Origin: the human T2T-CHM13v2.0 reference genome, Homo sapiens
DNA: 64,000 nt
Assembly (NCBI RefSeq): GCF_009914755.1
Contig: NC_060938.1
Strand: one strand, 5' to 3'
Positions 33,922-49,982 of this stretch are shown piece by piece. Below the pieces are notes generated by a model. The model worked only from the letters and a program-made list of their open reading frames with translations. It did not search any database and was not told where the DNA came from. Each line of letters opens with the position of its first letter. The stretch's first letter is position 1. Both the position numbers and the translations under genes were made by a program.

Positions 33922-35077
33922 ATATCTAAATGTGAAAGGCAGCAATTCTCAACAGAGTGAAGCGCAACCCTGTCTGTGCTCTATGTGTGCTACAGCATAA
34001 GTGTTACAAACGCTGGGTAAAAGTGGTTGGAAAACACTCATTTAAAGGACATATCAATTATCCCTCTCCCCAGGTTCACCTAGCTCCATCTCAACATTAA
34101 TTCAGACTATCAGAAAGCAACAAGCCTGACCCAAATTACTGTTGCTGCATTTAAACAATTGCTGTATTAAATCCCCATACTGGATCTTTTAAGATTTCAT
34201 ATAATAGCCTTGGCTTTTGTACAGAAAAGAGGAAAAGGAGGCTCAGCAAAGGAAACTGCTAGTGACAGAGGTGAATAATGGTCAAAGAGAACAGGGAAAA
34301 TAATCCTAAAAAATAAAAAAATAAAAAAACTAGGTTCAGGGTTTAGGTATAAGAAGCCATTTCAGACCATAGAAAAAACAGAAAGGCCAAAATTAGACTT
34401 TTAGCTCAGAATCAACTCTCTTTTCTGTCATCCTTCTTGTCTGCACTGAGTCGAGGAAGGAGAGATCAATTGTATGGAACTGAGGGCTAAAGGCCTCTCA
34501 TTTTACCTCCCAGGTTGCTTGGTTGTCATATCTGCCTGTTGCTGTAAGCAGGACCCAAATGAACAATGGGCCTGTTCACACTGGAGCCTTTTCCAGAATG
34601 ATACCATCTGCTTGTGTGATTCATCCATCTGGAGGGATATGAAGCGCAAAAGCCATAGCTGTTTCTCAGCCACAGCCTGGCTACAGGAAGAAACCAAACA
34701 AGTCTGGAAGCTACCCTCAAGGCAGAAGAACTAGTAGAGTTGAGATCTCATGGGGAAAACATAGGGGATAAAGTCATGGAAGAAGTTATAAAAGCTGTTT
34801 CTCATATTATTTCTCTTCACTAAAATAAAACAGTAAAGAAGACACTGGATAATGAGAATTACTAAATGCAGTTCACTATCTTAAATTAATAATGACAGTT
34901 ATTGTGCAATTATTTTTCCATTTGACATCTAAGTTTTGCTAAAAAACATTTCAAACTTTTTTCTTCCTCAAAGTTTGTACAAGATGAAACTTCTAGATCT
35001 GGTAACAGGACAAAAAAAAATCTGGAAATGTTAGATAAAATATAACAACAACAACAAAATTGTTTTATTAGATATGC

Positions 35078-35500
35078 CTATGGCTTAGATGTTTGTTCCT
35101 ACCAAATCTTGTGTTGAAACTGAATCCCCAGTGTGGCGGTATTGGAAGGTGGGGCCCAATGGGAGGTATGTGAGTCGTGGGGGCAGACCCTTCATGAATA
35201 TATTAGTGCCTTCCCTCAGGGATGAGTGAGTTCACACTCTATTAGTTCCCACAGAGCTGGTTTAGAAAGAGCCTGGCACCTCCCCTACCTCTCTCTAGCT
35301 TCCTCTCCTGCCATGTGGTCTCTACACATGCCAGCTCCCCTTCTGCCTTCTTGCGTAAGTGCAAGCAGCCTGAGGCCCTCACCAGATGCAGATGTCCAAT
35401 CTTGAACCTTCTAGCCTCAGAATTGTAAGCAAAATAAACCTTTTTCCTTATAAATTGCCCAGCCTCGGGTAATCCTTTATAGCAACACAAAACAGACTAG
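35078..35500 (+). mobile_element. MST (MaLR) LTR
   Basis: tatggcttagatgtttgttcc...cctgaggccctcaccagatgcagatg...tttatagcaacacaaaacagacta. Confidence 0.85.
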
Positions 35501-36087
35501 CATAGATACTCAACTGAGTTCGCAAGAACAAAAGTGTGAAAGCTGAGGGCCTATATTATGTAGGGGCAAGGGAAGAAAGATAAAGAGAAGAAATAAACAT
35601 CAAACTAGGAGACCAAAGTCTTGGGCCACAATGAGGAGGAGTTGAAGCTAAGCCATGTGTAGATTTGAAATCTAAATACCTAAATGTATATACACATGGG
35701 ACACAGGAATCCTCAAGCCAAGAAATAAACATAAATATTGTTCCTGGGCTGGTGATTTCCTCAGAGTACCTAAAAATAACAAACAGAAATCCACAATTGA
35801 CAGAATCTTTCTCAATCCAGAGTGCTTGAAATTCACAGACACAAAAAATCCCTACAAAGAAGAACTTACAGTTAATAATAAAGTAATAATAAAACATACA
35901 TAGAACTAATACACCATGAACAAGAGTCAGCCTAGACAACAAACTAGGTAATAGAATCTGAAACACTATGATAAGTAGATTCTTTAATGTTTTAGATATA
36001 TAATTATATTTATTTATTTTACATATTTGTTTATTTATTTATGTATAGAAAGGCTCTGTCTCTGTCACCCAGGATGGAGTGCAGTGG

Positions 36088-37135
36088 TATAACTGCCGGA
36101 TGGGTTCACCTTGACCGCTGCCTAGACAGAACCAATTTATCAAGACAGGGGAATTGCAATGGAGAAAGAGTAATTCACACAGAGCCGGCTGTGTGGAAGA
36201 CTGCAATTTTATTATCACTCAAATCAGTCTCCCAGCGCATTCGGGGATCAGAGTTTTGATTTTTTGTTATTTTGGTTTTTTTGAGACGGAGTCTCACTCT
36301 GCCACCCAGGCTGGATGGAGTACAGTGGCGCGATCTCGGCTCACTGCAAGTTCCGCCTCCCGGGTTCACGCCATTCTCCTGCCTCAGCCTCCTGAGTAGC
36401 TGGGATTACAGGCGCCCAACACCACGCCCGGCTAATTTTTTGTGTTTTTAGTAGAGACGGGATTTCACCGTGTTAACCAGGATGGTCTCGTTCTCCTGAC
36501 CTCGTGATCCGCCCGCCTCGGCCTCCCAAAGTGCTGGGATTACAGGCGTGAGCCACCAAGCCCAGCTGGGGATCAGAGTTTTTAAAGATAATTTGGCGGG
36601 TAGGGGCTTGGGAGTTGGGGATTGGTCAGGTTGGAGATGGAACCACAGGGGGTCTAAGTGAGGTTTTCTTAATGTCTCCTGTTCCTGGGTGCGATGGAAG
36701 AACTGGTTGAGCCAGATTATTGATCTGGGTGGTGTCTGCTGATCCATCGAGTGCAGGGTCTGCAAAATATCTCAAGCACTGATCTTGGGTTTTACAATAG
36801 TGATGTTTTCCCCAAGAGCAATTTGGAGAGGTTCAGACTCTTGGAGCCGGAGGCTACATGACCCCTAAATTGTAATTTCTAATCTTGTAGCTAATTTGTT
36901 AGTCCTGCAAAGGCAGACTGGACCCCAGGCAAAAAGGGGGACTTTTCAGGAAAGGGCTGTTACCAATTTTGTTTCAGAGTCGAACCATGAACTGAATTCC
37001 TTCCCAAAGTTAGTTTGGCCTATGCCCAGGAATGAACAAGGACAGCTTAAGGGTTAGAAGCAAGATAGAGTCAGTTAGGTCTGATTTCTTTCACTGTCAT
37101 AATTTCCTCAGTTATATTTTGGAAAGGCTGTTTCA
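36088..37135 (-). mobile_element. LTR8 ERV1 solo LTR
   Basis: tataactgccggatgggttcaccttgaccgctgcctagacag...ggaaaggctgtttca; TSD gtgg/atgg. Confidence 0.88.
36260..36566 (-). mobile_element. AluY inside LTR8
   Basis: TSD ggggatcagagtttt. Confidence 0.93.
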
Positions 37136-37277
37136 ATGGTGTGATCCTAGCTTACTGCAACCTCAAACTTGCGGGCTCAAGCAATCCTCCCACCTCAGCC
37201 TCCCAAGTAGCTGAGACTATAGGCATGTGCCACCACACACGGCTACTTTTTAAAAAATGTTTTGTCAGAGACAGGAT

Positions 37278-37829
37278 TGATATAGTTTGGATGTTTGTCC
37301 CCTCCAAATCTCATGTTGAAAGGCAATCCCCAGTGGTGGAAGTGGGGCCTAGCAGGAGGTATTTAGTCATGGGAGTGGATATCTCACGAATGGCTCGGTG
37401 CCCTCCCTGTAGTAATGAGTTCACTTGAGATCTCCTTGTTCAAGGGTCTGGAGTCTCCCTGCTCTCTCACCGTGTGACTTGTCAGCTCCCCTTCCTTTCT
37501 GAAGATGGAGTTTCACTCTGTCACCCAGGCTGAAGTGCAGTGGTGCAACCTCTGCCTCCTGGGTTCAAACGATTCTACTGTCTCAGCCTCCTGAGTAGCT
37601 GGGATTACAGGCATACTCCACACACCCAGCTGATTTTTGTACTTTTAGTAAAGATGGGGTTTCACCATGTTGGCCAGGCTGGTCTCAAACTCCTGACCTC
37701 AAGTGGTTTGCCCACCTCGGCCTCCCATAGTGCTAGGATTACAGGTGTGAGCCACCGCACCTGGCCTTTTCTTCATAAATTACCCAGCCTCAGGTATTCC
37801 TTTACAGAAACACAAAAGGGACAAACACA
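37278..37829 (+). mobile_element. MST LTR containing an Alu
   Basis: tgatatagtttggatgtttgtcccctccaaatctcatgttgaa...aaattacccagcctcaggtattcctttac. Confidence 0.82.
37503..37766 (-). mobile_element. AluS, tail missing
   Basis: Alu dimer sequence. Confidence 0.9.
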
Positions 37830-37929
37830 GAGGTCTTGCTATGTTGCCCAGGCTGGTCGCTAACTGTCCTCCCATCTCAGCCTCCCAAAGTGTTGGGATT
37901 ACAGGCATGAGCCACCATATCCAGCCCTT

Positions 37930-38150
37930 TTTAATTTTTTAATTGACAAATAAAATTTTATATATTTATTGCATACAACATGTTGTTTTGAAATATATAT
38001 ACGTTGTGGAATGGCTAAATTGAGCTAATTAACATATGCATTATTTCACAAACATCATTTTTTGCAAGAACACTTGAAATCTACTCTCTTAGCAATTTAA
38101 GAATTCAATACATACATTAACTGCAGTCACCATGCTGTATGATGAATATT
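37930..38150 (-). mobile_element. L1MA-type 3' end
   Basis: aattgacaaataaaatt...tacaacatgttgttttgaaatata...gaaatctactctcttagcaattt. Confidence 0.8.
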
Positions 38151-38285
38151 CTTAAATATTAAAGAAATTAAGAATAAACACCAAGGATAAAAAAGAAAAC
38201 ACCATGAGGAAAAAAAAATAGAAACATCTGGAAAATAATCAAATAGACTGACAAGGAAAAATAGTCAATGAAATTAAAAACTCTT

Positions 38286-38620
38286 CTGACACATGCTACA
38301 ATATGAATGAACCTTGAGGACATTATGCTAAATATGAGTCAGCCACAAAAGACTATACGATTCCACTTATATGAGCAACCTGGAGTAGTCAAATTCATAA
38401 AGACAGAAAGTGGAACGGTGGCTGCCAGGGGCTGGGGCTGGGAGCAAGGGGAGTGGTTGTTTAATGGGGACAGAGTTTCACTTTTGAAAGATGAAAAGAG
38501 TTCTGGAGACTAGCTGTACAGCAATGTGAATGGGCTTGGCACTACTGAACTGTACACTCAAAAATGATTAGGATGGTACATTTTATGTTATGTTTACTTT
38601 AGCACAATTAAAAGAAAATT
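38286..38620 (+). mobile_element. L1MB-type 3' end
   Basis: gacacatgctacaatatgaatgaaccttgaggacattatgcta...tactgaactgtacactcaaaaatg. Confidence 0.85.
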
Positions 38621-38679
38621 TTAAACTCATTTGAATGGATTAAAACATGAGTTAGGCCTGGCTAAAGCAAGAAGTCAAT

Positions 38680-38870
38680 TGTGTTTGAATCCCAGCTGAG
38701 CCACTTACCACTTACATGACCTCAGGCAAGTTACTTAACCTCTCAACGTCCAGATCTCTCAGAGGAGGGCAATAGCAGCACAGTTCTCACAGAGCAGTTG
38801 TACAGAATAATGAGATATCACAAGGAAAAGTCAAACGGACACGGTTCCCAGTGTTCCATTGCTAGTAACT
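38680..38870 (+). mobile_element. MIR
   Basis: tttgaatcccagctgagccacttac...atgacctcaggcaagttacttaacctctc. Confidence 0.75.
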
Positions 38871-39399
38871 ATTATATTCTACTCTGCCATGTGCTTTACC
38901 TTCCTTTCCTATTCCCAGCTCATAGGTCCCGCTTTCTGATTCTTCCCAACAAGAATGATTTACTTTCCTATGCCAGAAATGAAGTTCTGGGACAAAAAAA
39001 ATATAAGGAGGTAAATCTGTGTATACTGGAAATTTCTCTAAGAGAAATAGATTGGTATATGGTAATTTTCCAGAAAAGTCAGGCATTCTTAGGCATTGTT
39101 CTCTGTCCTTGTGCAAGAACACTTCTTTTTGCCTATCATTGGTAAAGGTTTTTTGTTTTGTTCTGTTTTGTTTTTTTGTTTTTGGACAAGGAAAGTAACT
39201 TAAAAGCAGGGATAGACACCATTGTTCTGAGAGATGGTATACCTTATTTCATCTAATCTAAGATATTTATAGATATGTCTATATTTCATTTTAACGTATT
39301 AGAAGTTGGGATTGTCTTATAATTGCTAGTATGTTATAATTTAATTGGAAATAACCTTTTCTTTCTTAGTGGACCACAAAATAATGGTGTACCTTGAAA

Positions 39400-39495
39400 G
39401 TCCTAGGCAGGAGGATTGCTTGAAGCCAGGAGTTCAAGACCAACCTTGGCGAACATAGAGAGACTCCCATCTGTATAAAAATTAAAAAATAATAA
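39400..39495 (+). mobile_element. Alu left-monomer fragment
   Basis: ggcaggaggattgcttgaagccaggagttcaagacc; flanked by taatggtgta. Confidence 0.8.
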
Positions 39496-41178
39496 AAAGT
39501 AATGGTGTATTTACAACCAATGGCTTCTTTGCTTTGATGAAACAGGAGTATTTTGTAAACCAAAGGAATATGTTCATCATCAGCTGGAGCTGCCATGATA
39601 CCAGGAAAGAAAATGTAGAAAAGGAAAGGAGGTGCCCTCATAGCCATGAGAGCTTCCCCAAAATTTGTGTTGTCCTCAGTGTTTCTCTCTGGGTTAGCCA
39701 CAGTGGTGCTGCTTTATAGATACTCTAACATCTCAAAGGAGGGCTGATATTCAGCTGGTAGGCACTGGTATGGACAATAGTTATTTCTGATGCACATCTA
39801 TTCTGAGTGGCCAGAGCTCATGCCATACAAGTTGTTCATATTTATAATATTTCCCTGGGCTATAAGTTGTCTCAAATCTGTTTAGGCAGCAAGCAGGGTA
39901 TAAATCATAAATATACAGTCTTTCTGAACATGTGCACTTTCAATAAAATGATATATTACATCACTGGATATGAATATTAATATTAAAGTTTTCATATTTA
40001 AAGCATTGTCAGTGATTTGAGTGCTGCAAGGAAGCATCATCGAGAAATCTGGAAATAAGACCAAGCTGTCTTCTCAGAATTAAAAGATAAATCAAAACAT
40101 AATGAATCAGAACAGGAATATGTCGTCCTACAAAAATGTCAGAATGGCCCAGGCCTTCAAAACAAAGCTATAATCTGGTTAAATACATTAATTTGCATGA
40201 GGAAAGAACAGGCCAACTGGAAACAGATTACATAGCCTGAAAAGCCTAAAAAGAAAGTCAGAGTCAATGCAGGCAGTGACCAACCCAGGATAGGCCTCGG
40301 GGAAAAGTACTGTGGCCCAATGCAGTTTTGTCACTGTTCTGAAGATAGATACATCTTTATCCGATGCTATTAAAGATTGGACTCATAACCAGCTATTCCT
40401 GTTCTAGCCTCTGGCTCACCAAACAACTTCCCAATTATAGTTCAGCTTTTCAAGCATGGCATACATACAGGGAAGGAAGGATCAGCAGGAGGATTCAGGC
40501 ATCCAGTCCTTTTGGCATTTATAGTTCTTGTTGCTTCATAGGAAATTAACAAACTGGCCTTCTTGTTTCGTTCATCACTGCTATGACCTCAGCTAAGAGG
40601 ACATCACTACAACTACTCCCACCAGCTGCACAAGAGCCATGCAGAGGAGAGAAGAGACTACAAAAAAACTCACCCTTGAACTCAGAGAGGCAGTGAAGCA
40701 TCCCAGCAGCAGCTAGTGTGATAGGAGCAGCACAATCACAGCCCTTCTCAGATGTGCTGTGTCCACAGGATGAGCAAGACCAGGGGCTGGTCCGGAAGGA
40801 GCTCACTGCCTAGTACTCAGTGTAGAGTCACCTTCCAATAAATAGTAGCTGGATCAGTAAATGAATAAACTGCAAAAACTTGCAGAATATAGCATTTTGT
40901 CTTAGTCAAGGAGGCCAGTCCTCCATAAGCCTTCCATTGCTGCACATTTCCTGACTTCTTGAATCCTATTGTGCCCATCTGTGCATTGCTCCCTGCTCAC
41001 TGTTCTGCCCAAACTGCCCTTCTCAGCCTTTCCATCACAGTGAGCAGGGTGTAAACCACCACCACTCCAAGTTCCCAAACATCATTATTTGGGGACAGGA
41101 GGGAGTTCCTGTCTTCTTGCCAAAGTCCTGGCACACTTAACTGCCCTACATAGTTCCAGTTGTTTGTGTTGTTTTAAC

Positions 41179-41490
<312 letters not shown>

Positions 41491-43021
41491 TAGCTAAATC
41501 CTTAACTTCCCTTCTCACTTTCCTCTGAGATCTTTGTTGTGCTCTCAGATTCATGAATTTTTACCCTAATTCTCTCACCATCCATCACATCCTCATTCCC
41601 TTATTTCACAATGCCTTATCTAGCCAATCACTATGATTACCACAAATTTCTTTATTGCCAGTGCCTAATAACATAAACCACAACATCCCATTAATTCTGC
41701 AAGGACAAAATGACATTCATGATTACAACACATTTGTCTCTCTATCATGGCCTCTGGGCTGTAGCTGTAGAGCATGTCCTCTATGAGTTGGTGATGGCAG
41801 GGATTCAGAGTGCACATTACAATCATCTGAGGACCTAAACAATACCCTTGCTTGGGCCTCACCCGAGAGATGCCAATTTAATTTCACCGAGTTTCTAATG
41901 TGTAATGGTCTGGGAACCTGACCATCAGCTTCATGAGTAGATGCCGTGCTCCTCCTCTGTGCAACTCTGCCAAACCCAAACTAAACAGAGCAAACAAGCC
42001 TGATTTCAACCCCCTGCAAGACTGTGGCAGCTTTCCTCTAGACTGGTGATCTATGTCACCCCTTAGTTATGTCTGTAGGAGGTTATGTGGGTTCAGTCAA
42101 TTACTGAGGGGAATCTTGCTAAAAGATGTTTACAGATGCATTTAGAAGGTTGTGTAAAACATTGCAGCTTTTTCCCATCCAGTCCCTTGATACCTGGGGT
42201 CACTTTGCATTCTGATCTCTCTTCTCTTCCTCCACCCTGGTCCTTTCCCCTCTCTTCTGTCTGCTTCCCAGGGTCCCAACTCCTCCCTGGAATGGCAGTA
42301 GCAGAACCTTCCTGGGAATCACTGGAGGAGGCTTTTGATCCCAGAATCGAGTGTCCTCAGAAATAAAGTTTTCCATTACTTATACTCACTGGCTCATAGC
42401 ATAAGTTCAGTACATTATTATGTTCATTATGTCTATGTTTTCCACAATTTTACCAAAGTCTGCTCCTGGGGAGGAGTAATGTGAAAGAGAAATTAGGAAG
42501 GAAGAACTGGAGAAAATTCTATACACCCTCTTATAACAAACAGCTTGGTCTTTACTCATTAAGCAATGAAAGCAATTAGATTCTGCTCTGCCTTCTCCCA
42601 CTGCCGAGGGGAAGCGCTTCCCAAAAGTGAGCCACACCAGGCGTGGTGTGCACAGCCTGTCCCACATGAGAGCGTTGACAGGAACTGTAAGTCAAGGGCC
42701 CCAGGAGGTGTGTGAGAGTCATAGAGAGCCTTTTCCTCTCATCAAAGCAGGGCACACTAAGCTGCTCCTAGCCCAGGAGGACACCCTGGTTCCAAATCAA
42801 ACCAGCTGTTTGCTGGTAACCATGTTAGCCAAGTTCAGAGTGGGAGGGGAGATAGGTTCTTACACATCATTTCCTGCATCCACTCCCTTAACGGGGCCCT
42901 TTATCATCCCACTCTGTTCCTTTCCTTCCTGGATGACTACAGTCTGCTTCTCACCGTGATGCCACTACTGGGGCACATAGCAGAGATCCCCAAACATTTG
43001 TTATCAGGTTTGAGATAACCA

Positions 43022-43414
43022 GTGTCATCATCAGGGTTCTCCATAGGAACAGAACCAATAGGGTGGGGGAAGTAGGGAGACAGAGATTAATTTAAGAAAT
43101 TGGCTCACACAATCATGAGAGCTGATAAGTCTGAAATCCACGAGTTAGGCTGGCGAGTCCAGCAATAAGTTGATGTATTAAGTCTGACGATCTGGAGGCA
43201 GAATTCCTTCCTCTTCAAGGGACCTGAGTCTTTTAATGACTTCCGCTGACTCAGTGAGACCCACCCATATTGTGGAGAGCAATCTGCTTTCCCCAAAGTC
43301 CGCTGATTTAAATGTTAGTCACCTATTCTTAAAATACCTGCACAGCAACATCTAGATTTGCAAATAGCTGAACACAATAATTCAGTCAACTTGATACATA
43401 AAATTAACCATCAC
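43022..43414 (-). mobile_element. MLT2 (ERVL) LTR
   Basis: Minus strand starts gtgatggttaattttatgtatcaagttgac; plus strand cagggttctcc...aacagaaccaatagg. Confidence 0.85.
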
Positions 43415-43497
43415 GATCAGAGTGAAGGGAGGATGTCGACCAGAGAACCTCTAAGTGAGAGAAGGACATACTGCCCCCAGCTGTGCACCTCATCTCA

Positions 43498-43855
<358 letters not shown>

Positions 43856-45082
43856 GAGGGAAAAAAAGCCCACAGTGGGAGCTCAACAGCTGCAATCATC
43901 TAGAAGGCACACAGTCTACATTCTGAGCAGAACACCCTCACTTCTTGAACCGCTAGATAAATTCCTCATTCTCCACATTAGTTTAAGCCATTTAACTTAG
44001 TATCGAAGTTGCTCACAAGAGACAAAAAGAACTGCAAAGAAATCTGAAGCTTACGCATATTCATATATTACTTTACTCACATAATATTGTCAGTAGTATT
44101 AGTATTGTGACTTCAAAACTGTTTTATGAAAATGTAGAAGAAAGCAAATAAAATATATTGATGTTATTAGGAACAAAGATTTTCAACGTAAGAGAAATTA
44201 GATGATATATAACATAAAACAGAGTTAAGAAGGGAAAAAACAACTCTGTAAAGTTGAAATTGGAACTCTCAGTTCAAACACATGATTGTGTATTTCTGAG
44301 CTTTGTCCACTAGAAGGAACTAAGAGCAATGAGATCCCAGTAGTGCTAAGCACAAATAGTACCCACACCTCGGCTTTTAAATACAGTTCCCTATTCAAAA
44401 GGATGAGAAATCCTCAGAGAAATGGCTGGTTCCAGGGCTCGGGCAGAGAACACAAAAGATGAGCCAAGGACATCTTCTGCCAGAAAGTAAAAGAAGTACG
44501 TAAGGACCAAGGGGGTTATATCAAAAGAAAACAGGAGGAAAACTGTGTGGCGACCTCTACCAAAGTAAACATACCCTATGAGCAAGGAATTCCACTTCTA
44601 CCCCTATTCTCCTTACCCAAAAAAATGTGTTGACCCCAAGTACCAGAATGTTCATAGGGGCACATAATAGTCAAAACCTGGAATCATCCTTAATGTCCAC
44701 CTACACTAGAATGAATAAATAAATGGCAGGAGCAATGAAAAACAAAGAACTGCAGCTGCACACACAAGAGTGAATCTCATGAGCATACAGACGTGCAAAG
44801 GAACCAGACAGAAAAGCGTACATGTGGTATGATTCCATTGACACAAAATTCCAAAACAGCCAAACTGATCAATAGGTTTAGAAGTAAAGCTGGTGGTTAC
44901 TGGTGTGGGGACAAAAGTGATAGGAAGAGGGTGTGATTGGGGCTTCAGGCTCCTGGTAATGTTTTGTTTCTTGATCTAGGAGCTAGCTATTCATGTGTTT
45001 GCTTTGTGAACATTCTTTGAACTATAGACTTGATTTTTTGTGCATTTATCTATATGTTATATTTCAATGTAAAAATCATTTA

Positions 45083-45397
<315 letters not shown>

Positions 45398-45743
45398 AGC
45401 CGACTTGAAGGGTTTCCCACTGGCCGAATTGGATACAATTTAACGTCAAAAAGGATAATGATGGTAGCTCTTTATTAATGAAGATACGTGAATCCCAGGG
45501 CAGGGAGTGGGGAGGATAAACAGGACAGCTCTTCTTTACAAAAGTAAGACACTCATAAATGTAAAAGAAATGACAAAATTCGAAGATCACCATTTTGTAA
45601 CCCCTGATATAATCATTGATTCATGTAACAATCACCAGTGGAAGCCAAAACCTTTGGATGAAAACTTGTTAGCATACGGGCTATCCCTAGAGTACCAAAG
45701 TACCATCCCAGGGACCACTTACTTTTACAAAGAAGAGAAACTG

Positions 45744-46182
<439 letters not shown>

Positions 46183-46188
46183 CTAAGG

Positions 46189-46670
46189 CAGTAGCGCTTC
46201 TTAATTGCATTAGAATCACCCGAGGAGCTTTTCAAACTCCTAATGCCAACTACGGCAGAATCTACTTGGGCAGGGGCGGGGGCCGGAGTTGCCAAGCATC
46301 AGTATTTTTTAAAGCTTCCCACATGATTGTAATGTACAGTTAAGATATTCTGAACAAAAACGTATACTCGAATCTAACTTCTAGTTTAAAGAATATACAG
46401 GAGATAGAGCAGTGGTTCTTACTTCTGACCTCATATTAGAGCCACCCGGAGATTTTTGAAAGTAGGGCCACCTGGGCTGCATCCCAAGGGCTTCTGATTT
46501 AACTGGATTAGAGCAGCACTCAGACATTTGTATGAAATTTCTAGGTTTTTAGTTTTGTATTTAAAACCCCCAGTGAGAACAGAGTGGACCAATTTATTAC
46601 TTCTTCTTTGTAAGGCCAATTAATCAAAACAAGGAATTCTAATGTACAGCCCGGGTTAAAACTTACTGGG
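46189..46670. mobile_element. MER5-like hAT MITE fragments
   Basis: gcattagaatcacccgaggagcttttcaaa; cagtggttct...gaattctaatgtacagcc. Confidence 0.6.
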
Positions 46671-46880
46671 AAAGAGGAACAGGTTAACATCAAGAGAAAA
46701 CACAATCTAGAATGTGGGACATTCTATAAGGCTGCGAGCCTGGATTCTTCAAAAAGTCAATGTCATGGAGGGAAAAAAAGAGGGATAAAACATTCTATGT
46801 TAAAATGAAGTTTTAAAATGTAATGTATGCATTAATTTGAGAGAAACAGCTACAAAGACATTTTGGAGGAATTAATGCAG

Positions 46881-47175
46881 TTTGTTTGTTTGTTTGTTTT
46901 TCTGAGACAGGGTCTCGTTCTGTCATCTAAGCTGGGGTGCCGTGAGTGGTGTCATCATAGCTCACTGCAGCTTCAACCTCCTGGACTCAAGTGATCCTCC
47001 CACCTCAGCCTCCTGAGTAGCTAGGCCTATAGACATGCACCACCACTCTTGCCTTTTTTTTTTTTTTTTTAAGAGACGTCATTTTACTATATTGCCCAGA
47101 CTGGCCTTGAACACCTAGGCTCAAGCAATCTTCCTAAAGTGCTGAGATTACAGGCGTGAGTCACCATGCCCGACC
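46881..47175 (-). mobile_element. AluJ
   Basis: Diverged dimer with (tttg)n tail. Confidence 0.88.
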
Positions 47176-48516
47176 AGAAATGTAAATATTTAGTTGATTT
47201 TAGATAGTTAATTTTCTTAGCAGGGATAATGACATTTTGTTTCTGTGGATAAATATCTGTATTCTTAAGGGATGAAATGCTGAATATCGAAAAGTGTTGT
47301 GTCATCATGTGTACATAATTTGCTTTCAAATGGCACACAAAAAAGAAAACCAAAGTACAGAGAGAAAAATAAAGCAAGTATTGCAAAATATTAACAATTG
47401 TGAAATTTATGTGGAGGGCATATGGGATTACACCATAATAATCTTTCAACTTTTCTGTGTGTTTGAAATATTTCATAACCGTAAGTTGAAGAAATGAGAA
47501 AGATTTTAAATAGAGATAAAAACTCACTTACAAGGCCATGGAATTTCCATCTGTTTTACTTCTCTGCAGGCAAGTCTACTCACAACTCCACCACACTCAA
47601 TCAACCTTACACCACACCCAGCAATTAAAGGCTGCCTTTCTCAATCTTTGCCCACTAGATTTCGTGCATTCAAACAAGTGTAGAAAATGCTGGGTTATAT
47701 TGGATTTATCCACAATCAGGCATGGCAAACACCACCAGGAAGCACTTCTCTCTTGAGCTGACCTGCCTCGCCTATGACATCCAAGAAGACTGGCAGTTAT
47801 GGTATCCATGACAACTTTCCTATCTCATTTGGGCTTGAGAATCAGGCTTCCTCTAGTCTCTGACAGAGGCACTTCAAAGTAACAAGCCTGCAAATATTCT
47901 CATGGCACAATACAAACCATATATGAAATACAAAACTATCTACCTCCCTGCCCTGGCTAGTCCCTTGCTGTGGGACAAAAATGCTTAAGCCATGATGGTA
48001 GGGCTCTCCTGGTAAGTATTTAGCAAAGGAAAGGAAGCTTTACAACATGACAAATGGCAAAAGGTGATTTCACTCTTTTCCCCCAGAATCATCAGAGGCT
48101 CTGCCCCACCTGTTAAGACTACAAAGCGGATAAAATACTGCCAGTCTGCCAGGAGCTCATGGTCAACCACAGTGGACAAATACCATGCTTCTAATTAGGC
48201 AGACTATAATAAACTGCATGATAGGGGTGTTTCCAGAGTGGTGTGGGTCTACAGAAGAGGGAAGTATTAATTCCATCTGTGGGTGTTGGAGAAAGCTACA
48301 CAACGGAGTTCCTTGGCTTTTGACGGGGGAAGTGTTGAGAAATGAAGGGAAGGGCATCCAGGCCAGGCAGAACCATGCCAGCAAATGCACCAGTATGTGA
48401 AAGCACCCAGTGTGTTCAGGAAGTGGCACCAATTTGGTGAGGGGGAGAACAAGATAGGACCAAGATGCCCTGACTTCTTTGCAGGGCAAATTTTACTTAA
48501 GTGATTTACTGATTTG

Positions 48517-48610
48517 CTCTCCTCCTCCTCCTCTCCTTCTCCTCCTTCTTCCTTTTTCTTTCTTCCTCTTCTTCTTTTTCTTCTTATCATTATTATTATT
48601 ATTATTCTCT
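48517..48610. repeat. (CCT)n/(CTT)n/(ATT)n low-complexity tract
   Basis: Direct reading. Confidence 0.9.
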
Positions 48611-48881
48611 CTTTAAGCATTCAAAAAAGATCTTGCATAAGAACTCAAGGGAGGGAGCACATTCCTTAAGTGGCATTCTAAATAGGGCTTTCCTAAGGCT
48701 CAGAAATGGTAGGTGCCAGGGTAATTGCTTGATAAGCAAACTGTACGTGTCAGGGCAGGAGATTCCAGGTCACCACAGTGCTTGCACTGAGGACAGTGCT
48801 CCCTAAAACTAGGCATCTGAGTTCTACAAGTAGGACAATGCAGCTACTACTTATTAAGAGCAGATATATTTATTCAGTTAA

Positions 48882-49304
<423 letters not shown>

Positions 49305-49624
49305 TAAAAACTCCCAAGGACTCCACAAAATAGGTACCATTATTATTGCCATTTCACAGATCAGAAAACGGAGACCCAGACTTCAATAACTTACTTAAAA
49401 TTACACTAATAAATGAAGCTGGAATATGAATTTCATAAGTCCAACTCCAAAGCCTATGCTTGATTACTTATGTTAAGTATGTAAGACATTTAAATAATTG
49501 TTCTGTAATAGTCTACTGTTAGGCACAAACAAAAGCCTTTATTTAGGTTTCTCTGTACTTTAGAGTTGCCAAATTCTTGCTAATATTTTATATTCCCCAC
49601 AGCACAAAATAATACTGGACACCA

Positions 49625-49880
49625 TTGTTCACATTCGTGTTGATTCGTAAGAAATATGTAAGGAAACATTATACTATACCCTTACTAGTGAAAGAAAATT
49701 GAGAAAGAGCAAGTGACTTGATGGGTGGATTGGCTGGTATGTCTGTTAGTCTGTGCATCTGTCTGTCTCTGTCTTTCCCTCAGGTTCTCTTACTGTATCT
49801 CCCTTTCTGTCTCATGTCTGTCTGTCTGTCTCTTTCTATCTAATTTTTATTTTTGCCTCTAAGTCTCTCTGTTTCTCTCA
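49625..49880. repeat. Left arm of an old inverted duplication (partner 51020-51351)
   Basis: Reverse complement aligns to the partner; 17-bp exact core 49738-49754 vs 51227-51243. Confidence 0.85.
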
Positions 49881-49881
49881 C

Positions 49882-49962
<81 letters not shown>
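49872..49962. repeat. Compound (CT)n(CA)n(CT)n microsatellite
   Basis: Direct reading. Confidence 0.95.
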
Positions 49963-49967
<5 letters not shown>

Positions 49968-49982
49968 AAATTTCATAGCTAC

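Larger units (their letters stand above)
36030..37927 (-). mobile_element. AluJ split by LTR8 and an MST LTR
   Basis: Colinear Alu pieces at 36030-36087, 37136-37275 and 37830-37927. Confidence 0.8.

Noticed and set aside
34561-34577. gaacaatgggcctgttc as a paired SOX site
   Set aside because: Second half-site is poor and the spacing is wrong for SoxE dimers; a single motif is expected by chance
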